A DNA stretch of 64,000 nt from Armatimonadota bacterium (GTDB lineage Bacteria; Armatimonadota; SYMT01), in the NCBI GenBank assembly GCA_041690135.1, contig JAWLHY010000009.1, forward strand, positions 224,001 through 288,000, in the 5' to 3' direction. The notes beneath the pieces are model-generated. The model saw nothing but the letters and a program-made list of their open reading frames with translations, did not search any database and was not told the origin of the DNA. The position numbers were made by a program, and so were the translations under genes. Each line of letters begins with the position of its first letter. Position 1 is the first letter of the stretch. Shown here piece after piece: positions 48,445-58,692 of this stretch.

Positions 48445-49692
48445 ATGCTGCGGTCCAACCACCGGTGGCTCTGGCCCCTCTTTGGGTCCCTGCTAGCAGT
48501 CCTGGTTGTGAGTACGCTTTTTCGGGTGGTAAAGGCCGGCGCCGAGGCACGCCTGCGTGCCTTGAGTGCAACGGAATTGGAAGCCCGCCTGCGCGCCACC
48601 CCGGAGAACTCCGCGCTCCGGTACGCTCTTGGCCAGGCATATGCGCGCGCAAACCGGCATAACGACGCCGCTCGCGAGTTCATCGCGGTTCTAAAGCGGG
48701 AACCCGCCCGCCCGGACGTCCTGAACGACCTCGGCGCAAGTTACCTCTTGCAGGAGCGCTTCTACGAGGCACTGGTAGCTCTTCAGGCTGCAGTGATTGC
48801 CCAGCCTGATTATGCTCTCGCTCACGCGAACCTGGGCCGTCTTCACCTGGCAACCGAAATGCCTTTCACGGCGGTCCAGGATCTCGAGCGGGCTCACAGG
48901 CAACAGCCGAGGAATATATCGATCTCGTACGATCTCGGTGAGGCGTATCAGCAGACACTCAACTTCCGTTCAGCGGAACGAGCCTACCTCCAGGCCTTGC
49001 GCCTGGACCCTACTTACACACCGGCAAGGGTGGGTTTGGGACGGGTCCTCTTCAGCCTGACCCGATACGACGAAGCGAGTCGGCAACTGGAACTCGCACT
49101 CCAGGCCGACCCACGAAACGCATCCGCCCTGCTGGCACTTGCACGTGTCCGGATGGAACAGAACAACACTCACGATGGTTGGGAAGACGCGCTCACGCTC
49201 CTGGTGAAGGCGGCGGAGGCTGACTCGCAGATGCCGGAAGTCCACTACGAACTCGGAAGAGTCTCACTGCGACGGGGCGATGCCGGAGCGGCCATAGAGT
49301 ACTTGAAGAAGGCGCTTCTCCTGTCGCCAGATCATCCCGGTGCCATGCAGCAGATGGGGCGGGCATTGCGATTGGCAGGGCGAACGGCGGATGCCCGCCG
49401 CCTGGAAGCACAGTTGCGGCACGAGGCGCTACGTAGTCGCGAAGAGGCTCGCCTGGAAGAACGCGTCCACCAGTTCCCAGAGGATTGGGAAGCCAAAGCC
49501 GAACTCTGTTCGCTCTATCTTGAGACCGGTAAGACAGGGTTGGCGGCGCTACTACTTCGCGAGCTGGAGCAAGGTGCTCCCGCACTCCGCCAGTTGCCAA
49601 GCCTTCAGACAAGCCTCCGGCAGCAGCTAGGCAGCCGGAAACGGTCACCGCTACCCACTCCGGCACAGGCGTCGAACGGAGGCCCCCATTGA
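48445..49692 (+). CDS. Tetratricopeptide repeat protein, N-terminal membrane anchor
   Basis: Repeated LG..Y....A...A...P TPR pattern. Confidence 0.9.
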   Translation: MLRSNHRWLWPLFGSLLAVLVVSTLFRVVKAGAEARLRALSATELEARLRATPENSALRYALGQAYARANRHNDAAREFIAVLKREPARPDVLNDLGASYLLQERFYEALVALQAAVIAQPDYALAHANLGRLHLATEMPFTAVQDLERAHRQQPRNISISYDLGEAYQQTLNFRSAERAYLQALRLDPTYTPARVGLGRVLFSLTRYDEASRQLELALQADPRNASALLALARVRMEQNNTHDGWEDALTLLVKAAEADSQMPEVHYELGRVSLRRGDAGAAIEYLKKALLLSPDHPGAMQQMGRALRLAGRTADARRLEAQLRHEALRSREEARLEERVHQFPEDWEAKAELCSLYLETGKTGLAALLLRELEQGAPALRQLPSLQTSLRQQLGSRKRSPLPTPAQASNGGPH

Positions 49693-51422
49693 TCCTGGCT
49701 TCTTACCGGGTTTGGGCCACGTCTTCTCGTGCGTGGTTGGCGATAGGTTCCCTGGTGTCGATCGGGTTGCACTCCGGGTGCGTACCGCCGCGCTCTACTC
49801 CCGCTTCCACGATCACTGCGTCGGCCAGGGGTCCCGCGCTGTTAGAGGAGGTCGCACCCGCAAGGGGCCTGGAGTTTCGCCACGAGGCTAGCGACCGCGC
49901 GCCACTCACCATTGTGGAGACAATGGGAAGTGGCTGCGCCTTCCTGGACTACAACAACGACGGTTGGCAAGACATCTTGCTAGTAAACGCTGGGCAGGAT
50001 TTCCGGCAATCGCGGCAAATGCCCAATACCCGCCTGTTCCGCAATGATCAGGGGACTTTCACGGACTTTACCTCGGAGGCGGGCCTCTCGATTGACTTTT
50101 ACGGAATGGGTTGCTGTGCGGGCGACTTCGACAACGATGGCTGGACAGATCTGTTCTTAACGGGTTTCGGGCGAAACGCACTGCTGCGGAATACGGGAAA
50201 GGGCAGCTTTCAGGATGTCACTTCGGCCTCTGGAATCTCGGCGGCTACGCACTCCTGGGGGACGGGTTGTGCATTCGTGGATATAGACCGCGATGGCTGG
50301 CTCGATCTCTACGTCGCGAATTACATTATTTATGATCCCGACCTGCCGCTGTGCCGTTCCGGGTCGGTGATGACCGGTTGCACGCCCAATCAGTATCGAA
50401 CACAGCGGAATCTTCTCTACCTCAACGAACGGGGATCGCGGTTCAGGGAATGCGCCGAGTCGCGGGGAGCGGATGATCCGTCCGGTGCGGGGCTGGGAGT
50501 TACTGTTGCCGACTTCGATGACGATGGTTGGCCGGATATCTTCGTGGCCAATGATGGAACCCCCAATGCACTCCTCCACAACCTTCGAGGCCGTTTTCGC
50601 AACGAAGGACAGTCCAGTGGGGTTGCATTTGCGGAGACGGGGGCCATGCGGGCCGGAATGGGTTGTGATGCAGCCGACTACGACGGGGATGGGCGAATTG
50701 ACCTCATCATCACCAACTTCCAGCACGAGCCTAACTCCCTTTACCGAAACCTGGGGAGGCTCTCCTTCGAGGAGACAACCGGCCCCGCCGGAATCACCAC
50801 CCCCAGCATCATGCGCCTAGGCTTCGGAGTTTCCTTTGCTGACCTGGATGGGGACGGCCGCGCTGATCTTTACGTTGGAAACGGGCATGTCTTCGACAAC
50901 GTCAAGGAGTTTGACGACACAGCCAGTTTCGAGCAGACGGATCAAGTATTTCTGAACGTCGCAGGCCAGCGTTATGCGGAGCAACTGCCACGCTCCGGCG
51001 CCATCCCGGCAGTCTCCTCTGTATCCCGCGGATTGGCCGTGGGTGATTACAACAACGACGGCGCACCGGATGTGCTGGTAAACTCGCTCGAACGGCACGT
51101 TCGCTTGCTGGAGAATCGGACGGGCAATACCGGAGGGTGGCTGGGGCTCAATCTCGTGGGGACTCGATCCAATCGCAGCGCCGTCGGAACGCGAGTCGAA
51201 CTGCACGGTGCAGGCGTGATGCAGGTTCGGGAAGTCCGGAGTGGCGGTAGTTACCTGTCTCAGTCGGATTTCCGACCGCTCTTCAGGTTCGAAAGCGCGA
51301 TCGAGCCGGCCCAGATCACTCTGAAGATTCGGTGGCCAACGGGTCGCTGGCAATCGGTAAAGCCTGAGGGAACAGGGCGCTATCTCACGATTAAGGAGCC
51401 AGAGTTCCGTGACGAGGAGTAG
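49689..51422 (+). CDS. CRTAC1 / FG-GAP (VCBS) repeat protein with ASPIC-UnbV C-terminal domain; probable lipoprotein
   Basis: ETMGSG, repeated D.D.DG..DL, GGSYLSQ, IRWP; LHSGC lipobox-like. Confidence 0.9.
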   Translation: MILASYRVWATSSRAWLAIGSLVSIGLHSGCVPPRSTPASTITASARGPALLEEVAPARGLEFRHEASDRAPLTIVETMGSGCAFLDYNNDGWQDILLVNAGQDFRQSRQMPNTRLFRNDQGTFTDFTSEAGLSIDFYGMGCCAGDFDNDGWTDLFLTGFGRNALLRNTGKGSFQDVTSASGISAATHSWGTGCAFVDIDRDGWLDLYVANYIIYDPDLPLCRSGSVMTGCTPNQYRTQRNLLYLNERGSRFRECAESRGADDPSGAGLGVTVADFDDDGWPDIFVANDGTPNALLHNLRGRFRNEGQSSGVAFAETGAMRAGMGCDAADYDGDGRIDLIITNFQHEPNSLYRNLGRLSFEETTGPAGITTPSIMRLGFGVSFADLDGDGRADLYVGNGHVFDNVKEFDDTASFEQTDQVFLNVAGQRYAEQLPRSGAIPAVSSVSRGLAVGDYNNDGAPDVLVNSLERHVRLLENRTGNTGGWLGLNLVGTRSNRSAVGTRVELHGAGVMQVREVRSGGSYLSQSDFRPLFRFESAIEPAQITLKIRWPTGRWQSVKPEGTGRYLTIKEPEFRDEE

Positions 51423-52806
51423 GAAACTGGTTTGCTTCATACTGACGGGCGTCGCCGCCGGTGGCGTTGCGTTCTGGGCCGCCGCCGCAGGGCCGCGCCC
51501 CGCACAGAAGGCAACAGATGGCCCTACGAAGTCGTCCATCCCAGGTGCCGAACCCAACCCGAGTCAGCGGTACGCACCCGATCCGGCGTTGGAATATGCC
51601 CGAGCCAGGGCCCAGGTCGAGCAAACAATTGCGGCTCAGCCCAAAGCCCTCTCGCTTCGCATGCAGGCTGCGGAGTTTTATATGCGGGCTGGAGATCATC
51701 CGGCGGCGCTACCCCACCTGCGGGTGGCAACGCGGTTATCCGAAGATCAATTCTTTCCCTGGCTCGCCTTAGGGGATGCGGCTACCCTGGCCGGGGAACC
51801 GCAACTGGCGGAGCGCGCCTATACTCGTGCAAAAAAGCTGGATGCGCGACACCCATTACTTTTCAGGGGCTACGGGCAGCTTCTGATTAGCCGGAAGAGA
51901 CTGGCTGAAGCGCAGAATGTACTGGAGCGTGGTCTTGCGCTACATCCAAAAGATGTAGAGATTCGTACCACACTTGGGAATTTGTTCCTCATCAGGAACA
52001 AGCCGGGAAGGGCCATCGAGGTCTTGGAGCCGGCCGTGAAGGCGGCACCGGCCAGGCCAGACTTGCACTATTTGATTGCCGAGTCCTATGAGCGCGATTT
52101 GAAACTCGAACGAGCCATCAGCCACCTTCGTGATGCCGTTCGTCTGGATCCGGCAATGGATAGTGCCTGGGGCCGGCTCGGACTTTACCTCGTCAATCTC
52201 ACAAGGTATGCGGAAGCGAGAGCACCGCTCCAGCGAGCGATTGAGTTAAGGCCGGATGAGCCGCATTACCACTGGGCGCTTGGAGACACTTATCTGTTAG
52301 ACAGCGGTCTCCAGAACGGCTTCGCGCTGGCAGCGGAAGCATACCGGAAGGCTCTCAAGCTGTCTCCACACAATGAAAAGGCACTCTATTCCTTCGCGAT
52401 GGCTCTTACCCGCCGCGGCAAAGAAGAGGACCTGAGAGAAGCAGCGGAGTTGCTCGAGCGCCTGGTGAGGCTTCAGCCCCAGGATATCAATGCTCATTAT
52501 AAACTTGCTGAGACTTACCGGCGGCTCAGCCGGCCCGAAGACGCAAACAAGCATCTCAAAGTCTTTCAGCGGCTCTCAGCGCAGCACCGGAGTAAGCTTC
52601 GAAACCTCTATCAAGGCGCTGCCTTTCGAGACACTTTTGAAGAGCACATGAAGCGTGGCCGGGAGTTCATGGCGCGTAAACGCCCGGATCTAGCCGTAAA
52701 GTCGTTCGAAGTGGCCGTTGCGCGAAATGGGAAGAGTACGGAAGCCCGGCAGGCGTTAGCCCGGGCTCGTCGGGCGACCGGACAGCAGACGGGAGGCATT
52801 CCTTGA
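51409..52806 (+). CDS. Tetratricopeptide repeat protein, exported
   Basis: Signal/TM followed by about 10 TPR-like repeats. Confidence 0.9.
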   Translation: MTRSRKLVCFILTGVAAGGVAFWAAAAGPRPAQKATDGPTKSSIPGAEPNPSQRYAPDPALEYARARAQVEQTIAAQPKALSLRMQAAEFYMRAGDHPAALPHLRVATRLSEDQFFPWLALGDAATLAGEPQLAERAYTRAKKLDARHPLLFRGYGQLLISRKRLAEAQNVLERGLALHPKDVEIRTTLGNLFLIRNKPGRAIEVLEPAVKAAPARPDLHYLIAESYERDLKLERAISHLRDAVRLDPAMDSAWGRLGLYLVNLTRYAEARAPLQRAIELRPDEPHYHWALGDTYLLDSGLQNGFALAAEAYRKALKLSPHNEKALYSFAMALTRRGKEEDLREAAELLERLVRLQPQDINAHYKLAETYRRLSRPEDANKHLKVFQRLSAQHRSKLRNLYQGAAFRDTFEEHMKRGREFMARKRPDLAVKSFEVAVARNGKSTEARQALARARRATGQQTGGIP

Positions 52807-54512
52807 AGCGCCACGGGATCGGATGCAATGTGTTGAGGCTGTTCTGGCTTGGATGTCTGGGCGTGTCGTTAGGATACGGCTGTTCCGGGCCGCGCCACCA
52901 GGCAGTAGACGCAGTTCCCACGGGCACTTCTACCAGGCAGTTTCGCAACGTGACGGCTGAAAGTGGGTTGGGGGCATTTCGCCATACGGATGGAGGCACG
53001 GGACGCCGGTTTTTCGTGGAGCAGATTGGCAGCGGACTGGCGATATTTGATTTCGACGGTGATGGCCTGCAGGACGTGTACTTCTGTACGGGTACCGCGC
53101 TTCCGGGATACACAGGGCCTGCGCCCCACAACCGGCTGTTCCGGAACCGGGGTGACGGTACATTTGAGGACCGCACTACCGCCGCGGGTGTCGCATGTAA
53201 CAGGTATTCGATTGGCGCCGCAGCCGGCGATTTCGACAACGATGGTGATATAGATCTATATGTATGTTGCTTTGACTCGAATGTGCTTTATAGGAATAAC
53301 GGCGACGGCACTTTCGCCGATGTGAGTAAAGTCTCGGGTGTGGACGATCCGCGGCTGAGCAGCAGTGCGGCCTGGGGTGACTACAACGGCGACGGCTACC
53401 TCGATCTTTTTGTTGCAAACTACGTGAAGTATCGCGTGGATGAAGATCTCTGGTGTAGCAAATACGAAGGTCAGAAAAGTTACTGTGGCCCAACGCTCTA
53501 TCAGCCGGAGCGCCACACACTCTATCGGAACAATGGGAACGGAACTTTTACGGATGTTTCCGGTCCCAGTGGAGTAGCGAGCAAGCTGGGGAATGGCCTT
53601 GGGGTGGTGTGGTTCGATTTTGACGATGATGGCCGGCAGGACATCTTCGTAGCAAATGATCAAACTCCGAACCACCTCTGGTGGAACCGTGGCAACGGCA
53701 AGTTCCAGGAAGTAGCTCTGGAAAGAGGGGTAGCCTACGGAGAAGAAGGGAATGCCCGCGCTGGGATGGGGGTAGATGCGGGCGACTTCGACAATGATGG
53801 TCGAGTGGATCTCGTTGTTACAAATTTTAGTGAAGAAAATAACGCAATCTACCGCAACGAAGGTGCTGCGTTCCGCGACGTTGCTTTTGACCGCGGGGTC
53901 GGCGCAGAAACCTTGATGCACCTCGGTTTCGGTACTGCGTTTCTTGACTACGACCGAGACGGCTGGTTGGATCTGTTCTTTGCCAACGGGCATGTTATGG
54001 ACGACATCGCGATGTACTCCGACTCCGTTACCTGGGAGCAGCCACTCCAGTTGTTCAAGAACACCGGCACCGGGCACTTCCGGGAAGTATCCGACGCCGC
54101 TGGGGTGGGCGAAGGGAAGTGGGTGGCCCGGGGTGCCGCACAGGGAGATCTGGATAACGACGGCCGGAAGGACGTGATCATCTCCGTGCTGCGAGGCCAG
54201 CCGCTCTATCTGCGGAATGAATGTGCCCCAGCGGCGCACTGGTTGGGAGTGGACCTCCATCCCGCGTCCGGCAATGCCCAGGCAATCGGCGCGACGGTTT
54301 GGCTCACGGCAAATGGCGTCACCCAGCGCCGAGATGTCTCAACCGCGGGAAGTTTTGCCTCCTCGAACGATCCACGACCGTTGTTCGGACTGGGTCCGGT
54401 GAATAAAGTGGATGAACTTAAGATCAGGTGGCCGAGCGGGCGGGTGACCTTGCAAAAAGGGCCGGCTCTCGACCGCTATCTGCGGATCGACGAACCGGCC
54501 CAGCCGCACTAG
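52803..54512 (+). CDS. CRTAC1 / FG-GAP repeat protein with ASPIC-UnbV domain (second paralogue); probable lipoprotein
   Basis: EQIGSG, D.D.DG..D repeats, YCGP, FGLG, IRWPSG; GYGC lipobox-like. Confidence 0.9.
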   Translation: MKRHGIGCNVLRLFWLGCLGVSLGYGCSGPRHQAVDAVPTGTSTRQFRNVTAESGLGAFRHTDGGTGRRFFVEQIGSGLAIFDFDGDGLQDVYFCTGTALPGYTGPAPHNRLFRNRGDGTFEDRTTAAGVACNRYSIGAAAGDFDNDGDIDLYVCCFDSNVLYRNNGDGTFADVSKVSGVDDPRLSSSAAWGDYNGDGYLDLFVANYVKYRVDEDLWCSKYEGQKSYCGPTLYQPERHTLYRNNGNGTFTDVSGPSGVASKLGNGLGVVWFDFDDDGRQDIFVANDQTPNHLWWNRGNGKFQEVALERGVAYGEEGNARAGMGVDAGDFDNDGRVDLVVTNFSEENNAIYRNEGAAFRDVAFDRGVGAETLMHLGFGTAFLDYDRDGWLDLFFANGHVMDDIAMYSDSVTWEQPLQLFKNTGTGHFREVSDAAGVGEGKWVARGAAQGDLDNDGRKDVIISVLRGQPLYLRNECAPAAHWLGVDLHPASGNAQAIGATVWLTANGVTQRRDVSTAGSFASSNDPRPLFGLGPVNKVDELKIRWPSGRVTLQKGPALDRYLRIDEPAQPH

Positions 54513-54601
54513 CAAGCCTCACGCGAGAGATGACACGTTCCTAAACAGGATTGGGCGCCATGTCTTGCCTGGCTTCGCGAAGTGTGCTTGCGTTGCCCAC
54601 C

Positions 54602-55321
54602 TCAGGGAGTATCGCGGTTACCTAGCAGAAGCCAGTTCATGTCGTGATTGGGATTCCACGCCGGGTCCTGATGGTTCAGACGGAACACCTTCACGTGCCC
54701 ATCAGCGAACGCCACGTTGATCTGCCGGGTTCGGGGCGGAACAACCGGTGTCCCGGCGGGGTGCACGCCACCGTAGAGCGGTAACTTTTCGGCGTGGAAG
54801 GCACCTGCCTCAAAGAACACGATGGAACTAGCCGGGAACTCAATCGATGACTCGGCCGTTCCCACGTTGATGCCAGCTCCTTGAGCGTTGTCGAAGCAAT
54901 GCCGGAAGTGGTAGGAACTGGGTCGCCCCCACCACGTGGCGGATTGCCAGGGCCATCCGACTGAACTTCTTCCCCAGTAGTTGTCGCCTGCGTCGCTGGG
55001 GCAAATGAAGACCTGCTGGTTCTTGATGTACGGCTGCATGAAGTAACTGGAGCCGCCGCCAAGCATCCGGACGATGTTTTGTCCGTCCGCTGCCGTAGCC
55101 GGAAACTGCGGCAACTGGCCGGAGGCGAACATCTTTCCGTCGTAATCTTGTTGGTACATTCCCAGCGCCAGTGCAATCTGCTTCAGATTGCTCGTACAGC
55201 TGGTTTTGCGTGCGGCTTCTCTTGCCTGCGCGAAGACAGGAAATAGTATGGCCGCTAGGATTGCGATAATCGCAATCACAACAAGTAGCTCTATCAGTGT
55301 GAATGCCGGTCTTTTCTTCAT
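54602..55321 (-). CDS. Prepilin-type N-terminal cleavage/methylation domain protein (DUF1559)
   Basis: [33 protein letters not shown]...[19 protein letters not shown]. Confidence 0.95.
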   Translation of the reverse strand: MKKRPAFTLIELLVVIAIIAILAAILFPVFAQAREAARKTSCTSNLKQIALALGMYQQDYDGKMFASGQLPQFPATAADGQNIVRMLGGGSSYFMQPYIKNQQVFICPSDAGDNYWGRSSVGWPWQSATWWGRPSSYHFRHCFDNAQGAGINVGTAESSIEFPASSIVFFEAGAFHAEKLPLYGGVHPAGTPVVPPRTRQINVAFADGHVKVFRLNHQDPAWNPNHDMNWLLLGNRDTP

Positions 55322-55401
55322 GTGTTGCTCCTTCGCGGAGTACCCCGATTGTATGTAGCTAACGGTACAATCGGGCAGGACTCGCCTGCGAGCCCTGTCG
55401 G

Positions 55402-55644
55402 TCAGCTTCCTCCTGACTGTGTTGGTGGTGCTGGGGACGTTCCTGTCGGCGGCATCATACCGGTCCCTGGTTTGGAATTCCCCACCGGCGCGCCGGGTGG
55501 CGGCGTATAGAGGGGCTGCCCCTGTTTCACTTTTTCCATGTACTCTTCACTGCCGGTAGTTTTGGGCTGGAACTTCTCCGGCCCACAGCCTACGAGACTG
55601 CCAAGGAGCACAGTGGCTGCTAATGCCTTGCCTAACTGATACAC
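55402..55644 (-). CDS. Small Pro-rich lipoprotein
   Basis: AGGAGG SD, GTG start, lipobox LVGC. Confidence 0.75.
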   Translation of the reverse strand: MYQLGKALAATVLLGSLVGCGPEKFQPKTTGSEEYMEKVKQGQPLYTPPPGAPVGNSKPGTGMMPPTGTSPAPPTQSGGS

Positions 55645-55675
55645 GTGCGTCACCTCCTTTCCTGGACTGCTAATT

Positions 55676-55704
55676 TGGAAACATTTCTAGTGGAAGAGTT
55701 TCCA
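55676..55704. promoter_or_regulatory. Tandem LacI/GalR-type operator-like palindromes
   Basis: TGGAAACATTTCTA and TGGAAGAGTTTCCA, each two mismatches from TGGAAACGTTTCCA, 1 bp apart. Confidence 0.6.
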
Positions 55705-55823
55705 TCTCGCAAGGGGCTTTTCGCAGGCCTCGCGAAAACATCCTGCGCAATTGTCGCATTTGCTCGAAGTGGCGCACTTCGGCGTACGGTAAATGGGGGA
55801 GAACAACCCGTGCTTACAAACGA

Positions 55824-56261
55824 TCAGGCGCCTGGTCCGGATGAGACGGACGGCAATGTGGAGAGGTCCGGCTCGAGGAACCGGTACTTCGCCTCGGGGT
55901 GCATGCGGCGCTGCGGGGAGTAGAACAGGCGGAGGATCTGCTTGCACAGGAGGTGCGGATGCGCGTCGCAAAACGCGTCGCTGTCCGGAGTGGGGATGGC
56001 GGCACCATAAGCGTGATGGGTGGCCGCCACGAGATGCATGAATGCGACCGTAGTCGTTTCGTTATAGCCGCGGTCCGGCCCTTCCGGGACGTGGTGTGCG
56101 GCGTTCAGGGCCTGGATTCCGCTCCGCATCCGGTCGAGTGCCTCGGTGAAGGAGTAGTCGCGGATGTAAAGGAAAGCGACCCGGACATGGGACCGGTGGG
56201 TCCATTCCGTCTGGGCCAGATCGTGACACTCAAAGCGCCGCAGGAGTTCAGCATCCGTCAT
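55824..56261 (-). CDS. Hypothetical protein (His-rich motif)
   Basis: MTDAELL..FE, WTHRSHVRVAF.Y, YNETTT, YS...EPDL pattern; protein-like composition. Confidence 0.75.
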   Translation of the reverse strand: MTDAELLRRFECHDLAQTEWTHRSHVRVAFLYIRDYSFTEALDRMRSGIQALNAAHHVPEGPDRGYNETTTVAFMHLVAATHHAYGAAIPTPDSDAFCDAHPHLLCKQILRLFYSPQRRMHPEAKYRFLEPDLSTLPSVSSGPGA

Positions 56262-56295
56262 TGTTTCACAGGGTAGTCTTAACGCCGGCGAAGTC

Positions 56296-56333
56296 GAAGC
56301 GGCCCTCCGCACTCGGGTGCGGAAGGCCGCTTC
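56296..56333 (-). terminator. 17-bp hairpin directly after the S8 gene (terminator or mRNA stabiliser)
   Basis: Minus strand GAAGCGGCCTTCCGCAC-CCGA-GTGCGGAGGGCCGCTTC; no strong U tract. Confidence 0.5.
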
Positions 56334-56339
56334 TGTGAG

Positions 56340-58343
56340 TTACTTGACGGCGTCGACGAGCTTGCGCACGGCATTCAGGTCGAGCTTGCCGTAGCCCCAG
56401 CGGGGGTTGGGCACGCTCCCGGTGAAGCGATCGCTGGTGGCGCTGCGTTCCAGCAGCTTCTTGATTTCTCCGCTCGTGAGGTCGCGCTTCTTCTCCATCA
56501 TCAGGGCAATGACTCCGGAAAGATACGGAGTGGCGGCACTGGTGCCGTTGAAGGGCTGGTAGAGGCCCGAAATGTGAAGCAGCTTGTCCCCGCCGGTTTG
56601 GGTCGGCGCGGGCGCGATATGGAATTGACCCGGCGCGGCGATCTCCGGCTTCAGCGTGCCGGTGCGGCTGGGTCCGGGGCAACTGTAGCTGGAAAGCCCC
56701 CCGATGACCAGCGGGGACGGCTTGCCGTCGGAAGTGGTCCGGATCACGTCACCCAGGATCAGCTTTCCGCGCTTGGATTCGAACTCGTTATTCCAGTCGT
56801 AGCTGCCGACTGTGATAGCGCTGGCGGTCGTGCCGGGAGTGCCGACCTGTTTGCCCAGGCTGACGCAGGGACCCGTGAACACCGCGCGACTTTTCGATCC
56901 GAAGGCGGAGATGTAGGCATCCGCCTTCCGGGATGCGCCGGTGGGGCTGAAGAGGCGGAGCTCACCGGCTCCAGGCTGAAGGTCGATCGACCAGACGAGC
57001 TGCTTGGTGAGCGGGTGAATGCGCCCCCGTCCCTTCCGCAGGTCGAGCTTCGACTCCAGGTTGGTGCGCAGGGACACCTGTTTATCATCGCTGTCGAAGT
57101 AGACGTCCAGCGTGGCCGCCACGGCGTCGGCGGGAACGCTCCAGGTGAAGATGCCAGGAGAACTCTCGCCGGCAAACGAGACCTCGCCGTGGATAGCGTC
57201 GGCGCCGTCGTTTCCGGCGGCGATGCAGAGCGCCCGGCCAGGACGGTCCGGCGCGTAACGGGCACTGAGTTGTCGCTCCAACACCCGCTGACCGTCCCTG
57301 CCGCCGAGCTGGCCGCCGAAGCTACAGGAGACCACAGTCGGACGGGGGCCGGTCACCGCATCGATCCAATTGGCGATGGCGCCCATCAGGTAGGAGTTCG
57401 GGAGCCCCGGTCCGGGGCCGATCCGCACCCCGATGATATCGGCATTCGGCGCCACTCCGGTGTAGCGGCGGTCCGGCAGGGCCTGCCCGTTGCCGGCCGC
57501 GATCCCGGCGCAACTCGTACCATGGCCGTTGGTGTCCAGCGGAGCGATGGTGGGTGAGGGTTCTCGCAGCGCCGCGGTCAGGTCTTCCTGGGTGTAGACT
57601 GTGCCCAGGCCCCGCCCGTTCTGGAAGGCGACCGGGCCCTGCCGCCCCGGCTTACCGGGTTCCCAGTCCGTCATCGTATCCCAATAGTGGGTGATGCGGG
57701 AGATGGGCTTGCCGGTGGCGTCCTTGGTGATGAAGTCCGGGTGGCGGAAGTCGATGCCCGAGTCGACAACCGCCACGACCACACCCCGGCCGGTGAGCCC
57801 GGAGAGGCCGCCGCGAACGATCGGCTCTGCGGGCGCTCGGCTAACGGCGGTGCGGGTTTCCGGCGGCGGGGGCACAGTGACCCGGCGGCCGAGTTCCACC
57901 CAGACCACGCCGGGCGCCGTGGTTACACTCTTGAGGGCGCTCGCCTCTTTCGTGTCGACAAACACGTCGGCCCACTTCTCGAAACGGTTGAAGACCCGGA
58001 CCCCGGGGGCGTTGAGCTTGCTGCAGGACTCCGCGGAATCGAATTCCGCATGGGCGACCAGATAGGTGCTGTTCTCCTGCTGCGTCGTGGCGCCGTCCGC
58101 GGCAGGTCCCGTGGGAGGGGCACCGGCCTGGAGCGCCTGGGCGACCCCGGCATCCGCAGGGGAAAGCTGACCGGGGGTATTTCCCATGGCTAGCGGGACC
58201 ACAGGTCCCAGGGTCCGTTTGAGCCCGGCGCCCCTGGACGTCTTCGTGCCGGCCGGAGGGGCGGCTTTGGGCGCGGCGCCGGCCACACCGGCAACAGCCA
58301 GGGCAGCACAGAGGATAGCAGGTTTGCAGGTTCGGTGCTTCAA
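56340..58343 (-). CDS. Secreted S8 (subtilisin-like) serine peptidase
   Basis: Signal peptide; catalytic VVDSG, HGTSCAG, AAGN, GTSAATP; inserted beta domain. Confidence 0.92.
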   Translation of the reverse strand: MKHRTCKPAILCAALAVAGVAGAAPKAAPPAGTKTSRGAGLKRTLGPVVPLAMGNTPGQLSPADAGVAQALQAGAPPTGPAADGATTQQENSTYLVAHAEFDSAESCSKLNAPGVRVFNRFEKWADVFVDTKEASALKSVTTAPGVVWVELGRRVTVPPPPETRTAVSRAPAEPIVRGGLSGLTGRGVVVAVVDSGIDFRHPDFITKDATGKPISRITHYWDTMTDWEPGKPGRQGPVAFQNGRGLGTVYTQEDLTAALREPSPTIAPLDTNGHGTSCAGIAAGNGQALPDRRYTGVAPNADIIGVRIGPGPGLPNSYLMGAIANWIDAVTGPRPTVVSCSFGGQLGGRDGQRVLERQLSARYAPDRPGRALCIAAGNDGADAIHGEVSFAGESSPGIFTWSVPADAVAATLDVYFDSDDKQVSLRTNLESKLDLRKGRGRIHPLTKQLVWSIDLQPGAGELRLFSPTGASRKADAYISAFGSKSRAVFTGPCVSLGKQVGTPGTTASAITVGSYDWNNEFESKRGKLILGDVIRTTSDGKPSPLVIGGLSSYSCPGPSRTGTLKPEIAAPGQFHIAPAPTQTGGDKLLHISGLYQPFNGTSAATPYLSGVIALMMEKKRDLTSGEIKKLLERSATSDRFTGSVPNPRWGYGKLDLNAVRKLVDAVK

Positions 58344-58692
58344 CGAGACTCTCCTGAAAGGGTACGGAAGGCCGGCCGACTCCTATCATCAGCCCAGCGC
58401 ACGGAGGCGTGCTGAATGGTGTTACTGATTATCGGATGCCATGCTCTTTTTATGAACGCCGGAGTGGCTCGATCCGGCGAGGGATCTCGATATCAACCGA
58501 CAAATCCAACCCACAAGTGTTCCCAAATCCGTGGTGTGTCAGTGGGTGGCGGAGGTTGGATGGGGGCAGTAATGTGGAAGTTACATCCTGCTTTCGGTGG
58601 ATTTGACCCCGGAGCATTGCAACCGTATACTTCCGTGCAGAGGAGGCGCCGGCCTCCCGGCTGGTAGCGCAAAGCAAAGGGTGGTCGTCGAG

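Noticed and set aside
55375-55404. Sec read-through of the lipoprotein's UGA (hairpin follows)
   Set aside because: No Cys or redox motif context; hairpin begins only about 4 nt after UGA; better read as an intergenic structure.
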